In this document: positions 52,319-61,875 of the stretch, in pieces
Layout: every line of letters starts with the position of its first letter
How positions within the stretch are numbered: position 1 is the first letter of the stretch
Assembly: GCA_051531975.1 (NCBI GenBank)
Contig: JAOPTT010000009.1
Coordinates: 224,001-288,000 of the forward strand
Direction of reading: 5' to 3'
DNA length: 64,000 bases
Source: Spirochaetaceae bacterium
GTDB lineage: Bacteria > Spirochaetota > Spirochaetia > DSM-2461
Notes under the pieces: generated by a model
Seen by the model: only the letters and a program-made list of their open reading frames with translations
What the model was told of the DNA's origin: nothing
Databases searched by the model: none
Program-made: the position numbers and the translations under genes

Positions 52319-53080
52319 ATGGAAGAAATTTTAGATGCAACTAAACATAATGCTATAGAAAGCAGTTGTTTACTTAGTGAAGTATTTAACCAAAATAGTT
52401 CAAATTTAGACTGGCTAGCACTATCTGATATGAGAATTCAGAATAATAGATCTGCAGAGATCTCGTATAAAAACGAAGAGACATTAATTGTAAACCTTGA
52501 CGGGAATGTTCATGTATATGTTGATGGTGTTGACTACTTAGTAAAACATTACGATATGTTATATATCCCAATAGATACACCTTTTTCTGTTGAACAACAT
52601 GGTGAGGAAGAAGCTCATTTATATCTTTACAGAGCAACTGGTGATGTTAAATATGTAACTTACCACGCTGACTATGAAGCTTGTAAAAAAGATGAAGAGA
52701 GAATTAGATACTTAAATAAAAAAGTAGTATATAAAATGTTCGATGTAACTGAAAAAGCTAATAAGTTTATGGTTGGTTATACATTCTACGAATCAAGAAC
52801 TAGAGCTTGGCCTCCACATAACCACACAGACCAAGAAGAAGTTTACAGCTTTATTGAAGGTAATGGTGCAATGGAAGTTTATGCAGATGACGAAAACAAA
52901 ACTTTTGTTTCTTCTGTATCAGTGGGGGATCATATTACAATTCCTATACTTAACTATCACCCTGTTTTTAGTCACGATGAGCCATTATGTTTTATCTGGT
53001 GTATTTCTGGTGAGAGATACTGGGTTGGAGATAAAAATAAGGACTTCATGACTGCAAAAGTTGATAAGTTAACAACATAA
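52319..53080 (+). CDS. IolB/KduI family bicupin sugar-acid isomerase (candidate sulfoquinovose isomerase)
   Basis: Metal motif 'WPPHNHTDQEEVY...NYHPV', N-terminal cupin 'EETLIV...DMLYIP'. Strong RBS. Confidence 0.75.
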   Translation: MEEILDATKHNAIESSCLLSEVFNQNSSNLDWLALSDMRIQNNRSAEISYKNEETLIVNLDGNVHVYVDGVDYLVKHYDMLYIPIDTPFSVEQHGEEEAHLYLYRATGDVKYVTYHADYEACKKDEERIRYLNKKVVYKMFDVTEKANKFMVGYTFYESRTRAWPPHNHTDQEEVYSFIEGNGAMEVYADDENKTFVSSVSVGDHITIPILNYHPVFSHDEPLCFIWCISGERYWVGDKNKDFMTAKVDKLTT

Positions 53081-53113
53081 ATACAAAACAAATCAGGAGA
53101 AATTGGTGTTAGA

Positions 53114-53138
53114 ACAGCTCCACAAAATATGGAGCTGT
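53114..53138. terminator. Hairpin terminator between convergent genes
   Basis: ACAGCTCCA / TGGAGCTGT 9-bp stem with 7-nt loop. Confidence 0.65.
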
Positions 53139-53148
53139 AAACCGTTAT

Positions 53149-54051
53149 TTAACTCAATACTATATTTAAATTCCATACCTTTTTTTGATATGGTTTTAAG
53201 GTGGATTCTACACCCTGTTTCTCCGATGCCCCTGGGCTATCCATTGGTGCTGTTGCAGGTTCTAGCGCAATATTATACTGATTATTCCAGCCTCCATTGT
53301 TTATCCAAAAACCTAACCAGGGTAGGGATGTTTCAGAAAATATCATCTCTAAAGTTCCTCTTTTGTCCTTTAGACCACAATACCCCTCCTGTAGTGGTTC
53401 CCCAGAGTAAAATTTGAAGCAGGAATTAGCAGGCAGATTAAATGGTTTAAAGAGTGGAACACTTTTTTCTATTACTCCAGATCCGTCTGTATCATGTACC
53501 CGGTTTAAGCTTCCTAATATACCACCATTCATGGCCTGCCTAATGGATTTTAACCCTTTAGGCAGTAGAACCTTAGTATCCTCAAAAAAACTAAATAGAG
53601 GATGGGGAGTCCAAAGTGAAGGTAAAGAAACTGATGACAGATTTTCCACTGAGTAATGAATATGAATTTCATTAGATAATAGCTGAATCTTTCTCTTAAA
53701 AATATAAGGTAGAAGTTCACCTTTAACAGCCATCCCTAGGGAGGTATTATCAGAGTCGATGACTGTCCACTTTTTACTCCATAACTCACCATGATCAGGT
53801 AGTTCAATCGGTTTATTCAGTATGCCAGGGATAATTTCTCTGTTAATTGTTGGAAACATCTCATCAAATCCAAAAGCATCTGTTTTTCCAAAAACACTAG
53901 GGATCGATTCCTTATTATCCTTTGATGAATCTTGATACAACCATTCACATTTTTTAGATTTATTAAATATAGAACTGATTTTACCCCCCCGGGAGGGTAG
54001 AACTTCTACTCTAATTTCATCGTTTTCTAATATAATGATCCCTGTTTTCAT
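53149..54051 (-). CDS. Galactose mutarotase / aldose 1-epimerase-like protein
   Basis: 'LEND...LPSRGGKISSI', 'GFDEMFP', 'PDHGELW', 'WTPHP', 'IALEP'. ATGA overlap with the upstream gene. Confidence 0.7.
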   Translation of the reverse strand: MKTGIIILENDEIRVEVLPSRGGKISSIFNKSKKCEWLYQDSSKDNKESIPSVFGKTDAFGFDEMFPTINREIIPGILNKPIELPDHGELWSKKWTVIDSDNTSLGMAVKGELLPYIFKRKIQLLSNEIHIHYSVENLSSVSLPSLWTPHPLFSFFEDTKVLLPKGLKSIRQAMNGGILGSLNRVHDTDGSGVIEKSVPLFKPFNLPANSCFKFYSGEPLQEGYCGLKDKRGTLEMIFSETSLPWLGFWINNGGWNNQYNIALEPATAPMDSPGASEKQGVESTLKPYQKKVWNLNIVLS

Positions 54052-57000
54052 AAAAGCCCTATCTGGTGACAAATATCTTTTTCAAGTATCTCTTTTTTTA
54101 GTGATTCAAACTCTTTTTGGTTTTCCAGACCTTCATATCCCAGTGCCATAATATATTTTGCCTGTAGATCTCTTCTTAATGTTATATCATCTTCAAATAC
54201 CAGTAATAATGGTAGCGATGTAGCAAAATAATCAATCTCAGCTCTCTCTTTAAGTTGTTTTTCACCATAACTTATCATCTGCCTATAAAGGTTTTCAGCT
54301 TCAATATTATGACCTAATTCAGTCATTGATTTTGCTGTATAATAAGAGTTTTCACTAATATCTTGAACCTCCATAGAGCTAAAATCACCTTTTATTTCAC
54401 TACTTTTTTTAAAAAATATGTCACTTTTATCTTTATCTCCAGCAGCCTTGTATGTAAGACCTAAGTAAAAGAAAATATAACTCTGGTTCTGTAGGGGATG
54501 CCAACTCTCTCCAAGATTTTCTGGGATAGTTAGTATACTGTTAAAGTGGTTAATAGCTTTTTTATAATCCCTGTTTTTTAATGCAACTTTTCCTAAAATA
54601 AGGTGAGAAGTAGCCCATGAACCAACAACCTGTCCTTCGCCACCTTCCCAGGGATGGAACTGTCTTGAATTAAGGATTTTTAGAACTTTGTCACACTCTT
54701 CTGTTAAATTGTATAAGTTGGTTATCTCAATTACCAGGTCATCCCTTTCTGTTATTAAGTTATAGTTTTCCAGGAGAAACTCTTTTCTTAATTGTATAGA
54801 AATGTTCATTTTCTTTTTAAGCTGATCAAGTTCAAAAAGTACCCGTCCGTCATTAGGTGCAAGAGTAAATGCTTTGTTATAATATTTTAATGCTTTCTCT
54901 GGGTTTTCTTCAAAGTTAAAATACGCAATCCCTAAGTTTCTGTATACTACTGAAAGTTTTGATCCCCTAGTTTCAGCCATCTCCCAGCAATTAATAGCGT
55001 CGGATTTTCTTTTTTTATCATAAAGAAGATTCCCAAGATAATATGGAGCATTAAAATCACTGTTATTTGTAGTTATAACCCAGTTTAGTATGTCGTACTC
55101 AAAAGCTGTTGAAGGGAAAAAGTGGGTTGGGTCCTGTTGTGATGCAACCCTAAGATCACTCTCAAACTCTCTATTTAATATATTTTTTACCATAGCCATT
55201 GTGTAATATGGCAGGGGAGATTTGTTCTGTTTAGAAAGTATTAAATAACCTTCAAGTATAAACTCTGCCTCTTTATATAATCCTGCAGAAATATAATCTG
55301 CTGCTGTATCAATATAGTTATTTTCACAACCCCTCATTAATTTTAAGACAATTTCCTGGTGTTCTTTAAGTTTATTAGAATCATTAAGTTTCTCAAAAAT
55401 AAACAGTAATTCGTTATGTGCCATAAGAAATAGTTTGTCTTTTTTAATAATATCAAGGCAGATGTTAAGTGCTTCATTATATTTGCCTATATTTCTTAAA
55501 ACAGCAGCTTTTAGTGTCCATGCCTTAAAATTATCATAATTGTAGTTAATGGACTGGTCCAAATGTTCCAGTGCAGAACCTATATTATTATTTTTTATAT
55601 CCAGAAGTGCAACTTCAAAATAACCTGCAGATCTCCATGCATAGTTCCAGGTGGATTTATAAAATGCGGCATAAGCATCTCTGTTTTTGTTTTGTTTTTT
55701 TAGAGCCAAACCTAAACCGTAAAAAGCTTCACCATCTATAGGGTTTGGGTGTTTTGAAGTTAAGCGCTCTATTGCACTTCTAAAATATGTTTCAGCAAGT
55801 TTATATTCAAATCTACTAAGATGGTATTGTCCCATTGCTGTATTACATCGGATATCTCCAGGATCTCTTCTTAATGCCTCTTTCCAATAATCCTCTGGGT
55901 ATCTGGTTGGGTGACGATACTGGTTAAGATGCTCTCCAGCAAGGTAGAGATCTTCTGTACTTTCAAGATCTTTAGGTTCCGGTGTCTCTTTAGCTGCCTC
56001 GGGAAGTTCTTCAATACCTTTATTATTATTAATTGTATATTCTATAAGCTTTTTCCCATCAAAAGAGATTAGTTTTATTGAAAGACCTTCAGGATCAGAG
56101 TTAAATGGTATCTCTGATGTGAACGGTTTTCCAGGTTCTAATTCAGCTTTAAACGAGTCTAACTTCTCCCCTTTATAAGAGATAATAATTTGGGCATTGT
56201 GTAGTTGGGATGTGCAACAAACTCCGGTTTTAACTGTTCCATTTTCATAACTAAGATGAACTGCGCCAAATAGATTTGCCTGGTGTGCTATACCAATACC
56301 CTGTATAGGAAACCATGTTTGTGTAAATGTTTTAGTCTCTCCTGGCATTAGGTAGGTAAAATCCGGTTGATTATTGGTATAGACCCCTGCCATTAGTTCC
56401 ACATATGGACCATTATCATCAGTTAAGTTTTTATCCCAGTTCCAACCAAACTCAGAATTACCCCATGTCCACTGTTTTTTACCAGGTGAAATATGTCTAT
56501 TTGCAACATGAACAAATCCACCTTCTTGCTTAAAGTCATAACCTCCAAAAAACTCACCTTCGGTCTCTACAACCATGTAGCTTGTTGGTACTGGTATGTT
56601 TTTATATCTAGAAATGTCTGTCCCAGGGGCATAATCAATTCCATAATAAATATCTTTCGCCAAAGGGAATTCACTCATTGCCCGGGCAGCATGGTCAGCA
56701 ACATAGTTAACATCAGGGGGGAAAAATGACTGATATTCATCGTGTACCTCGGCTGCTACATTTGCCCACCAGAGGAAAGTTTTAATATCCTCAGTTCTGT
56801 TATATAGACGTACTTTTGCCTGCAGTACTGAACTATCAGGTTTAAGGGATAGACCTATCATCCCCTTCATTCTTTCCATAGGATCATGGTCGCTTAACCA
56901 GACAGTTTTTGTCCCATCACTCTCGATTTCAAATGTATATTCAACAGGCATATATGTACCGGGTCTATGATGTTGGGGCCAGTTGAATTCTACTCCACCT

Positions 57001-57386
57001 GAGAGCCATGGACCAGCTAGACCAACAAGTGCTGGTTTTATTACGTCATTCCTGTAAAAGAAATCGTAGTTATTGTTTGTTTTATCCTGACCGATTTGAA
57101 TCCGGCCTCCAAGCTCTGGTAGTATTATAAAACGTACATAGTCATTTTCGAGAAATATTCCGTCATACTCTTTATCTATTTTGTCGTCGGATACTTTATC
57201 AATATATGGGATAGGATAGACTTTTCCACAACTTCCCTGATATACCCTTTTTTCAAAGAACATAGGATTATGTTCAGCTTCTCCGACCTCGTATGTTGGT
57301 ATAGAAATTTTGCTATTCCACAATTTTACCGATTCATTTTTTTGCTCTGCCGGTACATTAAAAATATATGGTGATTTAGTTTCCAT
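54048..57386 (-). CDS. DUF5107 domain plus TPR protein (YphG-like)
   Basis: 'RVYQGSCGKVYP', 'IKPALVGLAGPWLSGGVEFNWPQHHRP', 'PGKKQWTWG', 'ELMAGVYT', TPR region, 'FHPWEGGEG'. Confidence 0.85.
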   Translation of the reverse strand: METKSPYIFNVPAEQKNESVKLWNSKISIPTYEVGEAEHNPMFFEKRVYQGSCGKVYPIPYIDKVSDDKIDKEYDGIFLENDYVRFIILPELGGRIQIGQDKTNNNYDFFYRNDVIKPALVGLAGPWLSGGVEFNWPQHHRPGTYMPVEYTFEIESDGTKTVWLSDHDPMERMKGMIGLSLKPDSSVLQAKVRLYNRTEDIKTFLWWANVAAEVHDEYQSFFPPDVNYVADHAARAMSEFPLAKDIYYGIDYAPGTDISRYKNIPVPTSYMVVETEGEFFGGYDFKQEGGFVHVANRHISPGKKQWTWGNSEFGWNWDKNLTDDNGPYVELMAGVYTNNQPDFTYLMPGETKTFTQTWFPIQGIGIAHQANLFGAVHLSYENGTVKTGVCCTSQLHNAQIIISYKGEKLDSFKAELEPGKPFTSEIPFNSDPEGLSIKLISFDGKKLIEYTINNNKGIEELPEAAKETPEPKDLESTEDLYLAGEHLNQYRHPTRYPEDYWKEALRRDPGDIRCNTAMGQYHLSRFEYKLAETYFRSAIERLTSKHPNPIDGEAFYGLGLALKKQNKNRDAYAAFYKSTWNYAWRSAGYFEVALLDIKNNNIGSALEHLDQSINYNYDNFKAWTLKAAVLRNIGKYNEALNICLDIIKKDKLFLMAHNELLFIFEKLNDSNKLKEHQEIVLKLMRGCENNYIDTAADYISAGLYKEAEFILEGYLILSKQNKSPLPYYTMAMVKNILNREFESDLRVASQQDPTHFFPSTAFEYDILNWVITTNNSDFNAPYYLGNLLYDKKRKSDAINCWEMAETRGSKLSVVYRNLGIAYFNFEENPEKALKYYNKAFTLAPNDGRVLFELDQLKKKMNISIQLRKEFLLENYNLITERDDLVIEITNLYNLTEECDKVLKILNSRQFHPWEGGEGQVVGSWATSHLILGKVALKNRDYKKAINHFNSILTIPENLGESWHPLQNQSYIFFYLGLTYKAAGDKDKSDIFFKKSSEIKGDFSSMEVQDISENSYYTAKSMTELGHNIEAENLYRQMISYGEKQLKERAEIDYFATSLPLLLVFEDDITLRRDLQAKYIMALGYEGLENQKEFESLKKEILEKDICHQIGLL

Positions 57387-57514
57387 TAGTATCCTCCAAA
57401 TAGAACTTTGTCTTCTTCTATATATAGTAGGCCGTATTTCTTAAAAAACAATGGAGGAAATTATCTTAAAACTGGACTATCTTATGAAATTATTATATTT
57501 TTATACTTTATTAT

Positions 57515-58423
57515 ATGCAAAAGATGTCTTATATTATGTTTATGGAGAAATATCAAATAGATGGGTTTTTTAATCAGAGGTTAATTGTAATCCCAAATAA
57601 AATAAAAGAATCTTTACAGTCCGAAGTACTTTATAGAAGGTTATATATTACTGATATAGGATTTTTTCCAAAGGTGGCAACACATAGGAGAGATAGAGAG
57701 AAGGGTGTTTCCCAGCATATTTGTATCTACTGTGTTAAAGGTGAAGGATGGATTAAAACCGTCGAGGGAATAAAAAAAATATCGGAGAAAGAAATCCTGA
57801 TTATCCCCCAAAACACACCTCATAGTTATGGGTCATCACAGGATAATCCATGGAGTATATACTGGTTCCACTTCTCGGGAGAGGACTCTATCCAATATTT
57901 TAAAGATCAGAATCATATAATAATTAAAAAATTACAGGTGAATAATGAACTGAATTTTATCGAAATATTTGACCGAATATACCTGTCCCTTGAGAAGGGG
58001 TATAACAGGGGGAATATGATTATAGTTTCTGGGCTTTTTAGTTATCTATTATCCCTTATTTTTTTCTCAGGAAATAGAGATGAGTATAAACTTGATAAAA
58101 ATGGAGAGATAGTAGATAAAAGTATAGAATATATGCGGAATCATCTGAATAGCCAATTAACATTGAAGCAGATGGCTTCCTATGTTAACTACTCAATACC
58201 ACACTTTTGTGGCATATTTAAGCAAAAAACAGGACATTCTCCAATTCATTATTTTCTACAGTTAAAAGTTCAGAAAGCCTGCCTACTATTGGATACTACT
58301 CTGGATAATATATCAGAAATAAGTCGTACTCTAGGATTTGAAGATCCCTACTACTTCTCAAGAGTATTCAGTAAAATAATGGGTAATTCACCAAGAACTT
58401 ATAGAAAAATAAAGAAGGGGTAA
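57515..58423 (+). CDS. AraC family transcriptional regulator
   Basis: N-terminal cupin 'PHSYG...PWSIYWFHF', C-terminal 'GFEDPYYFSRVF...SPRTYR'. True start may be 57536 or 57542. Confidence 0.92.
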   Translation: MQKMSYIMFMEKYQIDGFFNQRLIVIPNKIKESLQSEVLYRRLYITDIGFFPKVATHRRDREKGVSQHICIYCVKGEGWIKTVEGIKKISEKEILIIPQNTPHSYGSSQDNPWSIYWFHFSGEDSIQYFKDQNHIIIKKLQVNNELNFIEIFDRIYLSLEKGYNRGNMIIVSGLFSYLLSLIFFSGNRDEYKLDKNGEIVDKSIEYMRNHLNSQLTLKQMASYVNYSIPHFCGIFKQKTGHSPIHYFLQLKVQKACLLLDTTLDNISEISRTLGFEDPYYFSRVFSKIMGNSPRTYRKIKKG

Positions 58424-58435
58424 ATTCAAAATATA

Positions 58436-60280
58436 TTAGTCTTTATTTTCTAAATCTTTATCTTGAGCAATTGGTAATAGAATCGTAAAAACTGTATATT
58501 TTCCAGGTATACTTTGCACTGAAATATCCCCATTGTAGGATTCAACAATATGTTGACATATAGATAATCCTAAACCAGTATTTGTTTTTGTAACCTTAGT
58601 ACTATAAAAGGGAAGAAAAATATGATCCTGAATCTCACTTGGAATACCATGGCCATTATCCATAATTTCAATTTTTATATATTGTTCAATTTTATTTACT
58701 GATATTTGGGAAGTCTTTATAGTAATTTCACCACCAATAAGAACAGCTTCTGTTGCATTATACAGAAGGTTTATGAAAAGTTGCTTAAGTTTATTTTCAT
58801 GTCCTTCTAAAAATAGTGACTTACTTTTAAAAGATTTTTTAAGTGTTATTTTTCTTTTTTGAAAGCGGTGCCCTATTAGGGTTGCAACTTCTTCAAGAAG
58901 GGCATTTATATCTAGAGTCATCATAGGTCTAACAGCTACTCTAGAAAAAGACAGAAGGCTATTAATTGTTTCAACTATTCTAGTTAGTTCTGATTGAATC
59001 TTATCTACGCAATCAATAGAATCTTCATTTAGTTTTTCCATTTGAAGCAGGTCTAGGTAGTTTTGAATAATGCTTAAAGGGTTATTTACTTCATGGGCAA
59101 CACCTGCTGCCATCTCAGCAGTTGAAACAAACTTTTCGGCCTGCTGAAGATATTTTTGTGTCTCATAATCGACGGAAATATCTTCTAAGAACAATAACGT
59201 TCCCTGAGCGATATCCTTATCCTCACCAAGAGGGGACACCCGTATTTTTAATAACTTTTTATCTCCGAATTTTAATTTTTGCCACAATTCACTTTTTCGG
59301 TTTTTAATAGCGGCCAGAATATCATCACTTTTCTCAAGAGATAGTTTTTTAATATAATCAATTAATAGAGTATCTTTTATCTCTTCAGGTTTACATTCAA
59401 GAATTCTAGACGCAGCTAAATTAATATCTTGAATCTCATTTGTAGGTGAAATTATCATGAGTCCCTGGGGTATGTCGTTTATAATCCTTTTATCATACCT
59501 AGATATAAGCAGTGCTTTATTATTAACAGGAGTTTTTTCATAACCTTTATCTACAGCAAAGTTAAATGCAAGATTCATAAGTCTGGTTCTATTCACGAGA
59601 TTAACATCTTCTGTTCCTCGGCGGTGACCATTATGCATTATTGTAACTCTATCGGCTATTTGGAAAATCTCATCAATATTTGATGTTACATATATAATTC
59701 CCATTTTCTTATTACGACACATCCTTAAAAGTCTGTAAATATGTTCCTGCTGTTCTGGAGTTGTTCGTTGGGATATCTCGTCTAGAATAAGTATATCATC
59801 ACCACGGCCTAAAACCCGCATAAATGAGAGAACCTGTCTTCTTGAGAATGTAAGATCTGAAACCTTTGTTAGTGGATCTTCATCAAAACCATACTTTATA
59901 AAAAGTTCCTTGCACTCCTTTAAAAGCGCTCTTTTTTTAGTAGGTAACATAATGCCTGGGAAGCGCCCTATATATATGTTATCTAAAAGGGTTCCTGTAG
60001 TAATCACCTCATCATTTTGATATAACATCCCGATTCCATACTGGTGTGATAAAGAGGGAGTTAAACCTGTAACTATTTCCCCTTTTATTTTTATAACTCC
60101 ATCCTGGGCTGTATTATATCCACTTAAAAGTTTTACCAAGGATGATTTTCCTGAACCGTGATCACCTATTATAGCGTGAATTTCTCCAGGGTATAGATCA
60201 AAATCAATACCTTTAAGGGCGGTGAGGTTTCCATAAGAGTAATGAATGTTTCGCATTTTTACTAATGGATCTTTGTTCAT
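58436..60280 (-). CDS. Fusion protein: sugar-ABC-type ATPase domain + PAS + histidine kinase
   Basis: 'ALKGIDFDLYPGEIHAIIGDHGSGKSS', 'ILILDE', 'EIFQIADRVTIM', then PAS, 'AHEVNNPL', 'NLLYNA', 'DNGHGI', 'TGLGLSIC'. No TM helix. Confidence 0.88.
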   Translation of the reverse strand: MNKDPLVKMRNIHYSYGNLTALKGIDFDLYPGEIHAIIGDHGSGKSSLVKLLSGYNTAQDGVIKIKGEIVTGLTPSLSHQYGIGMLYQNDEVITTGTLLDNIYIGRFPGIMLPTKKRALLKECKELFIKYGFDEDPLTKVSDLTFSRRQVLSFMRVLGRGDDILILDEISQRTTPEQQEHIYRLLRMCRNKKMGIIYVTSNIDEIFQIADRVTIMHNGHRRGTEDVNLVNRTRLMNLAFNFAVDKGYEKTPVNNKALLISRYDKRIINDIPQGLMIISPTNEIQDINLAASRILECKPEEIKDTLLIDYIKKLSLEKSDDILAAIKNRKSELWQKLKFGDKKLLKIRVSPLGEDKDIAQGTLLFLEDISVDYETQKYLQQAEKFVSTAEMAAGVAHEVNNPLSIIQNYLDLLQMEKLNEDSIDCVDKIQSELTRIVETINSLLSFSRVAVRPMMTLDINALLEEVATLIGHRFQKRKITLKKSFKSKSLFLEGHENKLKQLFINLLYNATEAVLIGGEITIKTSQISVNKIEQYIKIEIMDNGHGIPSEIQDHIFLPFYSTKVTKTNTGLGLSICQHIVESYNGDISVQSIPGKYTVFTILLPIAQDKDLENKD

Positions 60281-61608
60281 ACTTCTATGCCAAGCTTTTT
60301 CATTTTGTTATAAAGTGTTCTTCTTGTTATTCCTAAAAAATCTGCAGTTTTACCTCGACTGTTATTTGTTTTATCCAGAGTATCAAGGATAATCTCTCTG
60401 GTTATATTATCCGAGACATTCCTAAGAGGTAACACCTTTTCTTTTGGTGAGTATATTTTGTACTGTTCAGGAATAACATCCATTCCAAGTGTATCTTCAT
60501 CACAGAAAATGACCATTCGTTCCACTGTATTTCTGAGTTCTCTAATGTTTCCTGGCCAGTCGTGCTGAAGAAAAAGCAGATCAACTTCACTAGTAAATCC
60601 ATCTATATTTTTCCCATATTTTATACTGAATTCTTTTACAAATGCCCGGGAGAGTGAGAGTATATCTTCTAACCTCTGTTTTAAAGAGGGTAGCTCTATC
60701 TGGATAACAGAGAGTCGATAATATAGATCCTCTCGAAAAGTTCCACCTGTAATACGTTCCTTAAGGTCCCTATTTGTTGCAGCAACAATACGGACATCCA
60801 TTTTTCTAGTTTTATGAGAACCAAGACGTTCATACTCTTTTTCTTGAATAACTCTTAGCAGTTTTGCCTGGGTTTTGGTACTCATCTCCCCAATTTCATC
60901 AAGAAAAATAGTTCCACCCTCAGCAACTTCAAATTTTCCAGGTCGGGATTCTGAGGCATCAGTGAATGCTCCCTTTTCATATCCAAATAGTTCACTTTCC
61001 AAAAGAGCTTCCGGAATAGCAGCACAATTTAATTTTAAAAAAGGTTTTCCCTCTCGGGAGCTATAGCTATGAATTGCTGAAGCTGCAAGTTCTTTTCCTG
61101 TGCCAGATTCTCCTGTTATCAATACTGGAACATCGGTTGGAGCAACCTTTGATATCATTTTAATTTTTTTTCTCATTATTGGATTCGCCGATATCATACA
61201 TTTTGTTGCATTTGATTCAGGAGAATAAATATCACTGTTTGATTCATCATCAGAAAGCAGAGGTTCAATCTCTTTAAGCAGATTGGCAAACCTAACTGGT
61301 TTTTCAAAGAAGTTAATTGCTCCATAACGCATGGCCTGAACTACATTCTCTACTGATGCATAACCAGATACCATTAATATAGGGAGTTTACTATAAACTT
61401 TTCGGATTTGCAGAATAAGATCTATTCCTGATAACTCTGGCATTTTTAAATCAGTGATTAGAAGATCACATGGATTTTCTCTTAACATATGAAGAGCGTG
61501 TTCAGGATTAACAGTGTATACTGGATCATAACCTTTTGCTTTTAATAGTTTAGATAGGCTAATACAGAGTTGTTCTTCATCATCTACAATCAAAATTCTT
61601 TTATTCAT
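60277..61608 (-). CDS. Sigma54-dependent response regulator (NtrC/AtoC family)
   Basis: REC 'LITDLKMP', AAA+ 'GESGTGKE', 'ESELFGYEKGAFTDA', 'FREDLYYRL', 'WPGNIREL', Fis-type HTH. Confidence 0.94.
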   Translation of the reverse strand: MNKRILIVDDEEQLCISLSKLLKAKGYDPVYTVNPEHALHMLRENPCDLLITDLKMPELSGIDLILQIRKVYSKLPILMVSGYASVENVVQAMRYGAINFFEKPVRFANLLKEIEPLLSDDESNSDIYSPESNATKCMISANPIMRKKIKMISKVAPTDVPVLITGESGTGKELAASAIHSYSSREGKPFLKLNCAAIPEALLESELFGYEKGAFTDASESRPGKFEVAEGGTIFLDEIGEMSTKTQAKLLRVIQEKEYERLGSHKTRKMDVRIVAATNRDLKERITGGTFREDLYYRLSVIQIELPSLKQRLEDILSLSRAFVKEFSIKYGKNIDGFTSEVDLLFLQHDWPGNIRELRNTVERMVIFCDEDTLGMDVIPEQYKIYSPKEKVLPLRNVSDNITREIILDTLDKTNNSRGKTADFLGITRRTLYNKMKKLGIEV

Positions 61609-61678
61609 ACTAAGGAATGATAATTGACAAAAGTTAAATTGACAAGGACTTCGTTCGAATAGACAATTTGGATATAAT

Positions 61679-61728
61679 TGGGAAAAAAGATTCTCAAATA
61701 ATATCGGAATGAGAAACGTTATTTCCTA
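61679..61728. promoter_or_regulatory. Putative upstream activator sequences for the sigma54 activator
   Basis: TGGGAA-N6-TTCTCA (61679-61696) and TGAGAA-N7-TTCCTA (61710-61728), about 100-150 bp upstream of the -24 box. Confidence 0.5.
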
Positions 61729-61824
61729 TTAATTCAATAATATGATTTATATTATTTTGTTTGTAAATAGGATATATCTATATATAGTAAGCATTTACCA
61801 GTTTTTGGTAATTGATTAAATGTT

Positions 61825-61841
61825 TTGGCATGAATTATGCA
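61825..61841 (+). promoter_or_regulatory. Sigma54 (-24/-12) promoter
   Basis: TTGGCATGAATTATGCA with GG at 61827-61828 and GC at 61839-61840 (GG-N10-GC), upstream of araF. Confidence 0.8.
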
Positions 61842-61875
61842 GTGTTAAGAGTATACAGAAAAAGAGGAGAACATT

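Noticed and set aside
52319..53080. Ordinary iolB of inositol catabolism
   Set aside because: No iolC/D/E/G in the window and it carries the SQ-cluster promoter-operator block.
53149..54051. Epimerase-like gene as the SQ mutarotase of the neighbouring cluster
   Set aside because: It is coupled to the DUF5107 gene, convergent on the cupin across a terminator, and its operon shows no ROK box. Not excluded biochemically.
58436..60280. ABC-kinase fusion as a frameshift or assembly artefact
   Set aside because: Frame is continuous with a plausible linker, domains are complete, and the start overlaps the regulator stop as in a normal operon. Homologue search is still needed.
1440..61066. Many short ORFs in the track overlapping long genes (e.g. 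1440-1763, 8034-9221, 9747-10343, 41936-42202, 46802-47095, 53103-53656)
   Set aside because: Antisense or alternate-frame shadows of well-supported CDSs, with no RBS or recognisable motifs.
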